A stretch of DNA of 64,000 bases, taken from contig CBDCXR010000004.1 in NCBI GenBank assembly GCA_965223845.1, positions 3,168,001 to 3,232,000 on the forward strand, in the 5' to 3' direction. Positions 19,588 to 27,048 of this stretch are shown here, one piece after another. This DNA is from Planctomycetota bacterium (GTDB lineage: Bacteria; Planctomycetota; UBA8108; SXIK01). The notes under the pieces were generated by a model. That model saw nothing but the letters and a program-made list of their open reading frames with translations, had not been told where the DNA came from and made no database searches. Made by a program: the position numbers and the translations under genes. How positions within the stretch are numbered: the stretch's first letter is position 1; the number at the start of each line of letters is the position of its first letter.

Positions 19588-21587
19588 TCCTCCATCAATC
19601 GTTCGATCGCAGCGACGATCGCGGGGACGTCCGGTACGACCGCCGCCTCGAGCTCAGGACTGTACGGCGTCGGCGCCTGTGCGCCGTTCAGCCGGTGAAT
19701 CGGCGCGTCGAGATGGTCGAATCCTTCCGCGACGAGCCGCGCGGCGATCTCCGCCCCCACACCGAACGGCGCAAAGGCCTCGTCGACGACGAGAATCCGC
19801 CCTGTCTTCTCGAGCGACGCGAGGATCGTCGTCGTGTCGAGCGGCGCCACGCACCGCGGATCGATCACTTCGACATCGATCCTCCGCTCCGCGAGTTGCC
19901 GCGCGGCATCGAGTGCGAGATGCGCCATTCGCGCGAGTGCGACGACGGTGAGATCGCGCCCAGCACGAAGGACACGTGCGCGGCCGAATTCGATCTCGTA
20001 GTCCTCCTCGGGCACCGGTCCCTTGCTCACGAGGATTTCGCGGTGCTCGAGAAAGATCACCGGATCGTCCGACCGGAGCGCTCGGAGAAAGAGCCCCTTC
20101 GCGTCGTACGGCGTCGATGGGACGACGACCCGAAGACCGGGAACGTGGGCGAAAAGCGAGTAATAGCTTCCGGAGTGATGCGTCGCCGCCGAGTGCCCGA
20201 TTCCGATCGCACCGCGAAGGAGGATCGGCATCGCGAGCCGTCCGCTCGACATGTACTGGATCTTCGCGGCCTGCTGGAGGAGCTCGCCGACGGCGTCGAG
20301 GACGAAATCCGCGAACATGAAATCGATGACGGGTCGCGATCCCGTCATCGCCGCGCCGATCCCGAGCCCGACGAACCCGCGCTCCGAGATCGGCGTGTCG
20401 CGGAGCCGCTGCTCGCCGTACTTGTCGTAGAGTCCAAGCGTCGACGCGAAGTTCCCGCCGCGCTTTCCGATGCCCTCGCCGAGGACGAAGATCCGCGGAT
20501 CGCGCGCCATCTCGCGATCGAGCGCTTCGTGCGTCGCCTGCATGAATGTGAGCTCGCGGCCCGCCGCCGGAACCGCCGGGGGAGCGGCGGAGACGCGCGC
20601 CCCCGGCGCGAAGACGAACGTCGACGCCGCGCCCGCGTCCGGCCACGGACTCCCCTCCGCGAATGCGATCGCGCCGCGAACTTCTGCCTCGATCTCGGCG
20701 TCGATCGACTCGAGAGCAGAGTTCGCCGCTTCGTCCTCCGCCGCGATGGCACTCCTCAGTCGCTCGATCGGATCGCGCGCCCTCCAGGCAGCGACCTCCT
20801 CGCGCGTTCGGTAACCGTAGTCAGCCATTCCCTCAGCGTGGGGACGGGTCCGATAGGTCTTACACTCGACGAGCGTCGGCCCCTCGCCCGCTCGAGCACG
20901 CCGCACAGCTTCCGCTGTCGCGCTCGACACCGCGAGGACATCGTTCCCATCCACCTCGACGCCCGGCAGACCGTACACTTCACCGCGCGCCGCGACGCTC
21001 GGATTCCCGCTCGCGTAGGAGAACGGAACTTCGGTGGCGTACTCGTTGTTCTCGCACACGAACACGACCGGAAGCGACCAGATGCTCGCGAGGTTGAGCC
21101 CCTCGTGAAACGCGCCGTTGTTCACCGCGCCGTCACCGAAGAACGCGACTCCGACTCCGCCCGTCTCGAGTAGCTGAAAGGTGTAGCCCGCGCCCGCCGC
21201 TTGCAGAATCGAGGGCCCGACGATCCCGCTCGTCCCCATGAGTCCGACGCTCGGCGCGAAGAGGTGCATGCTGCCTCCGCGCCCGGCTGAGATGCCCGTT
21301 GCCCGTCCGAACAACTCGGCGATGAGCTCAGCCGGGCTGACGCCGAGCGCGAGCGCGTGCCCGTGGCCGCGGTGCGTGCTGAACACGGCGTCCGCCCCGC
21401 CCAGGTGCGCACAGACTCCGGCCGCAACCGCTTCTTGACCGATGTAGGTGTGGCACGCGCCGTGAACGAGCCCCGCTCGATGTGCGCGCACGAGTGCCTC
21501 CTCGGTCTTTCGAATGCGAAGCATGCACCGAAAGAGCTCGGAGAGATCGATCGCCGGTTCGGGTCGGGTGGTGATGGGATCGCTCAC
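19584..21587 (-). CDS. Fused E1 alpha/beta TPP-dependent dehydrogenase (acetoin/2-oxoacid dehydrogenase family)
   Basis: HTYIGQEA, STHRGHGH, GRGGSMH, TPP motif GDGAVNNGAFHEGLN...ENNEY, and beta-part DTPISE and HHSGS. Confidence 0.92.
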   Translation of the reverse strand: MSDPITTRPEPAIDLSELFRCMLRIRKTEEALVRAHRAGLVHGACHTYIGQEAVAAGVCAHLGGADAVFSTHRGHGHALALGVSPAELIAELFGRATGISAGRGGSMHLFAPSVGLMGTSGIVGPSILQAAGAGYTFQLLETGGVGVAFFGDGAVNNGAFHEGLNLASIWSLPVVFVCENNEYATEVPFSYASGNPSVAARGEVYGLPGVEVDGNDVLAVSSATAEAVRRARAGEGPTLVECKTYRTRPHAEGMADYGYRTREEVAAWRARDPIERLRSAIAAEDEAANSALESIDAEIEAEVRGAIAFAEGSPWPDAGAASTFVFAPGARVSAAPPAVPAAGRELTFMQATHEALDREMARDPRIFVLGEGIGKRGGNFASTLGLYDKYGEQRLRDTPISERGFVGLGIGAAMTGSRPVIDFMFADFVLDAVGELLQQAAKIQYMSSGRLAMPILLRGAIGIGHSAATHHSGSYYSLFAHVPGLRVVVPSTPYDAKGLFLRALRSDDPVIFLEHREILVSKGPVPEEDYEIEFGRARVLRAGRDLTVVALARMAHLALDAARQLAERRIDVEVIDPRCVAPLDTTTILASLEKTGRILVVDEAFAPFGVGAEIAARLVAEGFDHLDAPIHRLNGAQAPTPYSPELEAAVVPDVPAIVAAIERLMEE

Positions 21588-21731
21588 ATGCGGACGCGCT
21601 TCGACGGGCGCAATTCATTCGCGAGCGCTCGGAGCCGCCGCGAGGGTGAATTTCGCAAAAGTGGCATCGTAAGATAGCCGCCCCAGCGCGTCCACGGCGC
21701 CCGCAGAGAATCACCTCACGGGAGTTTCCAC

Positions 21732-23390
21732 GTGAACGACGAATCGTCGACCGGAGAACAGCGCGGAGCTTCCGCTCCGGGCGACGCGTATCGACCGCGG
21801 ACCTGCCTCCCGGAGTGGGGCGTCGACGAACTCCCCGAACCGAAGCCGCTTCGCTGGCGGAATTGGACCGCGTTCGTCGGGCCGGGGATCATCATGATGG
21901 GCGCACAGATCGCGGGTGGGGAGTGGCTCATGGGGCCGGAGGTCACTGCTCGCTACGGCGGGAGCATGATGTGGATCGCGACTCTCGCGATCTTCGCGCA
22001 AGTCTTCTACAACCTCGAATGCGGCCGCTACGCGCTCTACTCGGGCGAACCGATCTTCACTGCGTTCATGCGGACGAGGCCGGGCCCTCTCTTTTGGAGC
22101 TCGGCGTTCATCCTCCTCAGTCTCGGTGCGATCATCCCCGGAATGGCGTACCACGCGGCGGCCGTTCTCGCGTCGTTCTTCCTCGATCGCGCGCCGGACG
22201 AAGCCGACCGCGGATTCGTCCTCGGGCTAGGCTACGTTTGCCTCACTCTGTCCGTCGTCCCCGTCTTCTTCGGCGGCAAGATCTACAACATGATTCAGAC
22301 GGTGATGGCCGTGAAGGTCATCGTGGTTCTCGTGTTTTGCGGGATCGCCGGCGCGCTCCTCGTGAGCTGGGGGAGTTGGGCGAGCGTCTTCGGAGGTTTC
22401 TTCGCGTTTGGGTCCGTGCCCGTGAACGATCCGGAAACGGGAGGCGAGACGGTCGTGAACGCGTTTTCGTACCGGCTCGAACACGGCGTCTGGCCGATTG
22501 TGTCGATGGCGAACATCGCAGTCCTCGGCGGGTTCGCGGGCTACGCGGGAGGAGGCGGTCTCGGAAACTCTCTCTATTCGAACTACGTGCGCGACAAGGG
22601 CTGGGGAATGGGAAGCCGCGTCGGCGCGATCCCGAGCGCGGTCGGTGGGAAAGAGATCAAGCTCAGCCACCTCGGAAAAGTGTTTCCCGTCACGGCGGAG
22701 AATCTTCGGCGCTGGCGCGGTTGGTGGCGCTACGTCCTCACCGACCAAATCCTGATCTGGGCGCCGGGGTGCTTCGTAGGCATGGCGCTTCCCGCACTTC
22801 TCTCGCTCGAGTTTGCGCCCCATTCGAGCCTCTACGATCAGCCCGAACGCTTCGGGTGGGCGCAGGCGATGATCACCGCCGACGGGATGCGGAGCGCGCC
22901 CGAGCTCTCGTCCGGCACCCGACAATTCCTCTGGCTCGCGATGCTCTTCGTCGGGTTCATGGTGCTCGTGCCGAGCCAGATGTCGGTCGTCGAAGACATC
23001 AGCCGGCGCTGGACGGACGTCATCTGGTCGTCGAACCGCCGCGTGCGCGAAGGGATGCGCCCCGGCCAAGTGAACCGCATTTACTACACGATCCTCGGCG
23101 TGTACGTCCTCTGGTGTATCTCGACGCTCTACTACTTCGGGACGCGCAGCACACCGAAGATCATGACGCTCATCATCGCGAATCTCGGCAATCTCGCGAT
23201 CGGCCTCACGGCGATTTTTCTTCTTTGGGTGAACATTCGTTATTTGCCGAAGGCGATTCGCCCCCGGCTCCACCACCGCCTGGGACTCCTTCTCTGTGCG
23301 GTCTTTTACCTCGGCCTCGCACTCCTCGTGTTCCTCCACAAGCAGGTGCCGATGATCCGCGAGCTGTTCGGAGGAGGTTCGGCGGGATGA
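21732..23390 (+). CDS. Nramp-fold (YcsG-like) multi-pass membrane transporter
   Basis: About 11-12 hydrophobic segments, GPGIIMMGAQIAGGEW, YVRDKGWGMG. No DPGN metal motif. Confidence 0.75.
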   Translation: MNDESSTGEQRGASAPGDAYRPRTCLPEWGVDELPEPKPLRWRNWTAFVGPGIIMMGAQIAGGEWLMGPEVTARYGGSMMWIATLAIFAQVFYNLECGRYALYSGEPIFTAFMRTRPGPLFWSSAFILLSLGAIIPGMAYHAAAVLASFFLDRAPDEADRGFVLGLGYVCLTLSVVPVFFGGKIYNMIQTVMAVKVIVVLVFCGIAGALLVSWGSWASVFGGFFAFGSVPVNDPETGGETVVNAFSYRLEHGVWPIVSMANIAVLGGFAGYAGGGGLGNSLYSNYVRDKGWGMGSRVGAIPSAVGGKEIKLSHLGKVFPVTAENLRRWRGWWRYVLTDQILIWAPGCFVGMALPALLSLEFAPHSSLYDQPERFGWAQAMITADGMRSAPELSSGTRQFLWLAMLFVGFMVLVPSQMSVVEDISRRWTDVIWSSNRRVREGMRPGQVNRIYYTILGVYVLWCISTLYYFGTRSTPKIMTLIIANLGNLAIGLTAIFLLWVNIRYLPKAIRPRLHHRLGLLLCAVFYLGLALLVFLHKQVPMIRELFGGGSAG

Positions 23391-24169
23391 AATGCGATCT
23401 CGATGGGCAGGTGAGCGTCGTCACCGGCGCTGCCGGAGGAATCGGCAGCGCGATCGGAAAGCGACTCGAGGCGAACGGCGCGATCGTCTACTACACGGAT
23501 CTCGATCTCGACGGTGCCGTCGAGCAGGCCGGAGGCCGTAGACTCGCTCACGCGCTGCGTCTCGATGTGACCGACGAATCGAGCGTTGAATCCGCGATCG
23601 ACGAAGTCGTCTCGCGCTCGGGGCAGCTCGACATTCTCGTCAACAATGCGGGCGTCAACACGCTCGCCCACCGCGTATCCATCGACGAGTTCCCGCCGGA
23701 CGAGTGGGATCGCATCGTCGACGTCGATCTCCGTGGTCTCTATCTCACGAGTCGCGCGGCGGCCCGCGTGATGCGCGGACAAGGATCGGGACGGATCGTC
23801 AACATCGCGTCGATCGCGGGTCTCGTCCCGCTTCGCCTTCAGTGCGCGTTCGTCGCGGCGAAAGCCGGCGTCGTGAATCTCACGAAGGCGATGGCGCTCG
23901 AGCTCGCGCCGGCCGGCATTCTCGTAAACGGCGTGGCGCCGGGGTCGACGCTAACCGAAGGGACGCGGAAGCTCTTCTACGGGGAGGACGGGCGATTCCG
24001 CGATTCAGTTCAGCGGATGCTCGATCATGTTCCGCTCGGGCGTCCGGGGACGACGGACGAGATTGCGGTGGCGGTTTTGTTTCTTGTGGATCCCGAGAAC
24101 AGTTATACGACCGGGTGTGTGGTTACGGTCGATGGGGGTTGGGTTTGTGGGTTTGCTCGTGATTTCTAG
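23387..24169 (+). CDS. SDR family oxidoreductase with atypical FxxxK catalytic motif
   Basis: TGAAGGIG, NNAG, NIASIAG, AFVAAK, VNGVAPG, VDGGW. ATG at 23387 overlaps the transporter stop by 4 bp, with GGAGG upstream. Confidence 0.9.
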   Translation: MKCDLDGQVSVVTGAAGGIGSAIGKRLEANGAIVYYTDLDLDGAVEQAGGRRLAHALRLDVTDESSVESAIDEVVSRSGQLDILVNNAGVNTLAHRVSIDEFPPDEWDRIVDVDLRGLYLTSRAAARVMRGQGSGRIVNIASIAGLVPLRLQCAFVAAKAGVVNLTKAMALELAPAGILVNGVAPGSTLTEGTRKLFYGEDGRFRDSVQRMLDHVPLGRPGTTDEIAVAVLFLVDPENSYTTGCVVTVDGGWVCGFARDF

Positions 24170-24204
24170 GCTAGGCTAGTGCGCATGGACTTCTCGAACG
24201 CGGG

Positions 24205-24249
24205 TTTTACACGAAGGGCACGAAGGGCCACAAAGGAAGAGGGGAGGAT
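24205..24249. repeat. Repeat family A copy
   Basis: TTTTACACGAAGGGCACGAAGGGCCACAAAGGAAGAGGGGAGGAT aligns with the left arm at 13749-13808. Confidence 0.7.
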
Positions 24250-24396
24250 CGGGTCCTCGTCTCGTCGAGTCGAGCTGACGTCTGGGTACGATAGCGGACT
24301 CGAGGTCACCGAGGCTTAGTGTGGAAGTTGAGGCGCGGGCCTCTGTGCCGTTCGCGCGTAGTGGAAAGAGTTTCGAAGACGGAGCAGAGGTTCGGG

Positions 24397-26112
24397 ATGA
24401 GACCGACGCCTTTCGCCTACACCTATGCGGCGCTCGGGTTTGCGGCGCTGGTCTTGGCCTCGTGTCTTTCCCCTTCGGTGCGGGAGGTTTCCTTTCCTGC
24501 TGCGATTCCCGTTCACGCTACGGAGGAGTCGCAGGCATTTCCGCTGTCGGGGCGACTGAACGGAGTCCTCTACGGTCGAGGGCGTCGAACGCAGGGAGGC
24601 TGGCAGGATTGGGAAGTTCGACGAGTCGACGTTCTCGAAGATGGGCGCGTGCGACTGCCTCTGTTGTCGGACGAGTCTGACGAATTCGGCGTACGAACGA
24701 CCGGTTCGTTCGAGTACCGAATCTATCTCGCTTTGGAATCCCACGCGGCGCAGCTCTTTCTCTCCGAGAACGAGCAGCTCCCGTCGAGACTCGAGCTGAG
24801 GCCGACGGTTTCGGTTCGCCTGCAACTTGATGGGGAGGCCCCGCCTGGTGAACCCGTTGTCGTTCCCGCAGCCGAGTCGGTTGACGCGCTCTACGGGAAA
24901 CCCGCGTCCGGACGCTACTTCGACCTTCGATCCGGCGATCGAGAATCTGAGTGGACCGTATCGCTCCTAGAAGGGGAACGTTACGTCATCGGTTGGCCCT
25001 CTGAGGAAGTCTTCGGTTACCTTTCCGAGCCGTTCGAGGCCCGGCGCGAGGTCGCCATCACGTTCTCTCCCGGCCCACCATCAGCTGTTCACTACGACCT
25101 CTCTCTCGCGCCAAGCGGAGTCGAAGTGTTTCCCGCGAACGTATTCTTGCTCAAAAAGATTCTTAGTCGAGGCAGAGCGACTCATCTGAGTTGGGGAGCG
25201 AACGAAACTCGGGTCGACAGCGGCATCGTTCAATTCCCTGCGATCGCGGGTGGGAACTACCGATTGAAAGCGGTGACACCAGGATCGAAGACCCCACGGC
25301 TTTACGACGTGCGAGATATCGTCGTTGAATCCGGGAAAATTCACCGAGTCCTGCCAGTCTATCCACGGGTGGACACGACTGAAGACGACGGAGACATGTC
25401 GATTCGCGGCCGAGTTGTGAACGTCGCCTCAGGGAGAGGTGTACCCGAGCAGACTGTCTCCATTCGCCCGCTCAAGAAGGACTATTCACTCGTGGTGGCC
25501 GTGTCGTATCCGAGCACTCTCACAAACGATGAAGGAGAGTTCGAATTCCGTGGTGTCGACCCGCGCTACATCTACGAGGTCACCACGACCGCGACAAACG
25601 AGACCGAGACATCGGTGCTTCTGCCCTACAGCACTGAAAACCGCGGCAAGGTATGGTCGGTCTCCCTCACGACCGGGTATTCCCCCGTACCCGAAACGAC
25701 CGGCGCCGTCGTTCCCGACTTGACCCTAGAGCTACAAGACGGTTCGCGACGGAGACTCTCGGAACTCCAAGCTCGGATGCTTGTGATCGACGTGTGGGCG
25801 AGTTGGTGTGCGCCGTGCAGACGGGCGTTGCCGGTTCAAGATTCCCTTGCACGAGAACTCGGGAGCGACCAAATCGTATTCCTTGCCCTCAGCATAGACG
25901 AATCAAAGGAGAACTGGACGAAATCGGTCGCCAGGATGCAGCTTCGAAATCTGGAGCATGCGTGGCTCGCGCCCAGCAACGCTGCGAGGTTCAGCAAGCC
26001 GATACCTTATTATCTGGTACTGGACTCGGCTCGCCGCATTCTTGCCTCCGGGAACGACCTCGATGTGAGGTCGGTTGTCGAAGGGGCGTTCTCCGGGGGC
26101 GGAGGTCGCTGA
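24397..26112 (+). CDS. Putative lipoprotein with carboxypeptidase-regulatory-like domain and C-terminal TlpA/thioredoxin domain
   Basis: Lipobox LVLASC, IRGRVVN...TNDEGEFEF beta-sandwich, IDVWASWCAPC redox motif. More A/T-ending codons than its neighbours. Confidence 0.8.
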   Translation: MRPTPFAYTYAALGFAALVLASCLSPSVREVSFPAAIPVHATEESQAFPLSGRLNGVLYGRGRRTQGGWQDWEVRRVDVLEDGRVRLPLLSDESDEFGVRTTGSFEYRIYLALESHAAQLFLSENEQLPSRLELRPTVSVRLQLDGEAPPGEPVVVPAAESVDALYGKPASGRYFDLRSGDRESEWTVSLLEGERYVIGWPSEEVFGYLSEPFEARREVAITFSPGPPSAVHYDLSLAPSGVEVFPANVFLLKKILSRGRATHLSWGANETRVDSGIVQFPAIAGGNYRLKAVTPGSKTPRLYDVRDIVVESGKIHRVLPVYPRVDTTEDDGDMSIRGRVVNVASGRGVPEQTVSIRPLKKDYSLVVAVSYPSTLTNDEGEFEFRGVDPRYIYEVTTTATNETETSVLLPYSTENRGKVWSVSLTTGYSPVPETTGAVVPDLTLELQDGSRRRLSELQARMLVIDVWASWCAPCRRALPVQDSLARELGSDQIVFLALSIDESKENWTKSVARMQLRNLEHAWLAPSNAARFSKPIPYYLVLDSARRILASGNDLDVRSVVEGAFSGGGGR

Positions 26113-26118
26113 GCGAAC

Positions 26119-27033
26119 TCAGCGTTCTTTCGATTCCGGTTGCCGCTTCACGCGAATGTGGACTTCTTCGTGTTCGGCCGCTCGCACTTCGGCGTCTGTG
26201 AGCTGTGTGGCCGGTGATCCCGGGGTTTTCCACTGAGCGATTTTTCGGAGTCCGGCGAGGCGGCGCTGCGCCGTTCCCCGTACTTCTTCGCTTGGGTCGT
26301 CTCGGCTCGCGCGGAGGATCGCGTTTTGCACCTCGATGTCGCCCGCGTGTCCCATCAGGTTGCGCACGGCTTGTTGGCGGAGTCTCGCTGAGCCGTCAGT
26401 GGCGAGGAGGTCGACCAGCGGTTGACGCAGTTCGTCGACCTTGTACTCGTCGATCTCCGCGAGGAGTCGGGTCCGAACGCCCTCGTCGAGACTTTGGTCG
26501 CGCGCAAGCTCCATGACCGGGAGTACCGCGTCGCCCTCGTCGAGCCCGCTCTCCTCGAGGAGCGGCTCAATGCGTCCCCGGTTCTGCCAAAACTCCTTGA
26601 GACGCGCCGTTCGTTCGTCCGCGGATAGGTCCTCTTCGAAGAGATGCGCGAGAGTCGAGAGGGCGTTCTTCGTCCGGAGCTTCCGCCGGCCAGACTGCGC
26701 GAGCTGGGCGATGTGCTCTGCGTCTTCGAGAGTCGCGAGACGGGCTTCCAACGCGGCGAGTGACCTCGATTCGGCCTTCGAGTCGTCGAGTTTTTCGTCG
26801 GCATTCGGTGGCGGCGAGGACGCGATCACGCCCCCGTCCGCGACGGAGTTTCCCGGCGCCGCTTCGAGTGCCGCGATGCGCTCTTCCATCGCTTCCATCG
26901 CCGCGACGAGACTATCGAGTGTCTCGGGCGCGGACGACGGCGCGAACGTGGAGTCCCCGCCCCTCGACATCACGGCGAGAAGAATCGCGAGCAACGAGAG
27001 GCTGATGCAGGCAGCGCTCAGGACGGGTCTCAT
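26119..27033 (-). CDS. Membrane-anchored coiled-coil / HEAT-repeat protein
   Basis: N-terminal hydrophobic anchor, EERIAALEA and LEARLATLE coils, HEAT-like DGSARLRQQAV and DPSEEVRGTA. Confidence 0.7.
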   Translation of the reverse strand: MRPVLSAACISLSLLAILLAVMSRGGDSTFAPSSAPETLDSLVAAMEAMEERIAALEAAPGNSVADGGVIASSPPPNADEKLDDSKAESRSLAALEARLATLEDAEHIAQLAQSGRRKLRTKNALSTLAHLFEEDLSADERTARLKEFWQNRGRIEPLLEESGLDEGDAVLPVMELARDQSLDEGVRTRLLAEIDEYKVDELRQPLVDLLATDGSARLRQQAVRNLMGHAGDIEVQNAILRASRDDPSEEVRGTAQRRLAGLRKIAQWKTPGSPATQLTDAEVRAAEHEEVHIRVKRQPESKER

Positions 27034-27048
27034 GATTCGCCTTTCCTC

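Noticed and set aside
21815-23386. Apparent 524-aa N-terminal extension of the SDR (possible fusion or frameshift)
   Set aside because: It is an off-frame overlap with the transporter. The SDR has its own ATG at 23387 with a GGAGG upstream.
21732-23390. Mn/Fe transporter MntH
   Set aside because: It lacks the DPGN and MPH metal-binding motifs. Only the fold-level resemblance is retained.
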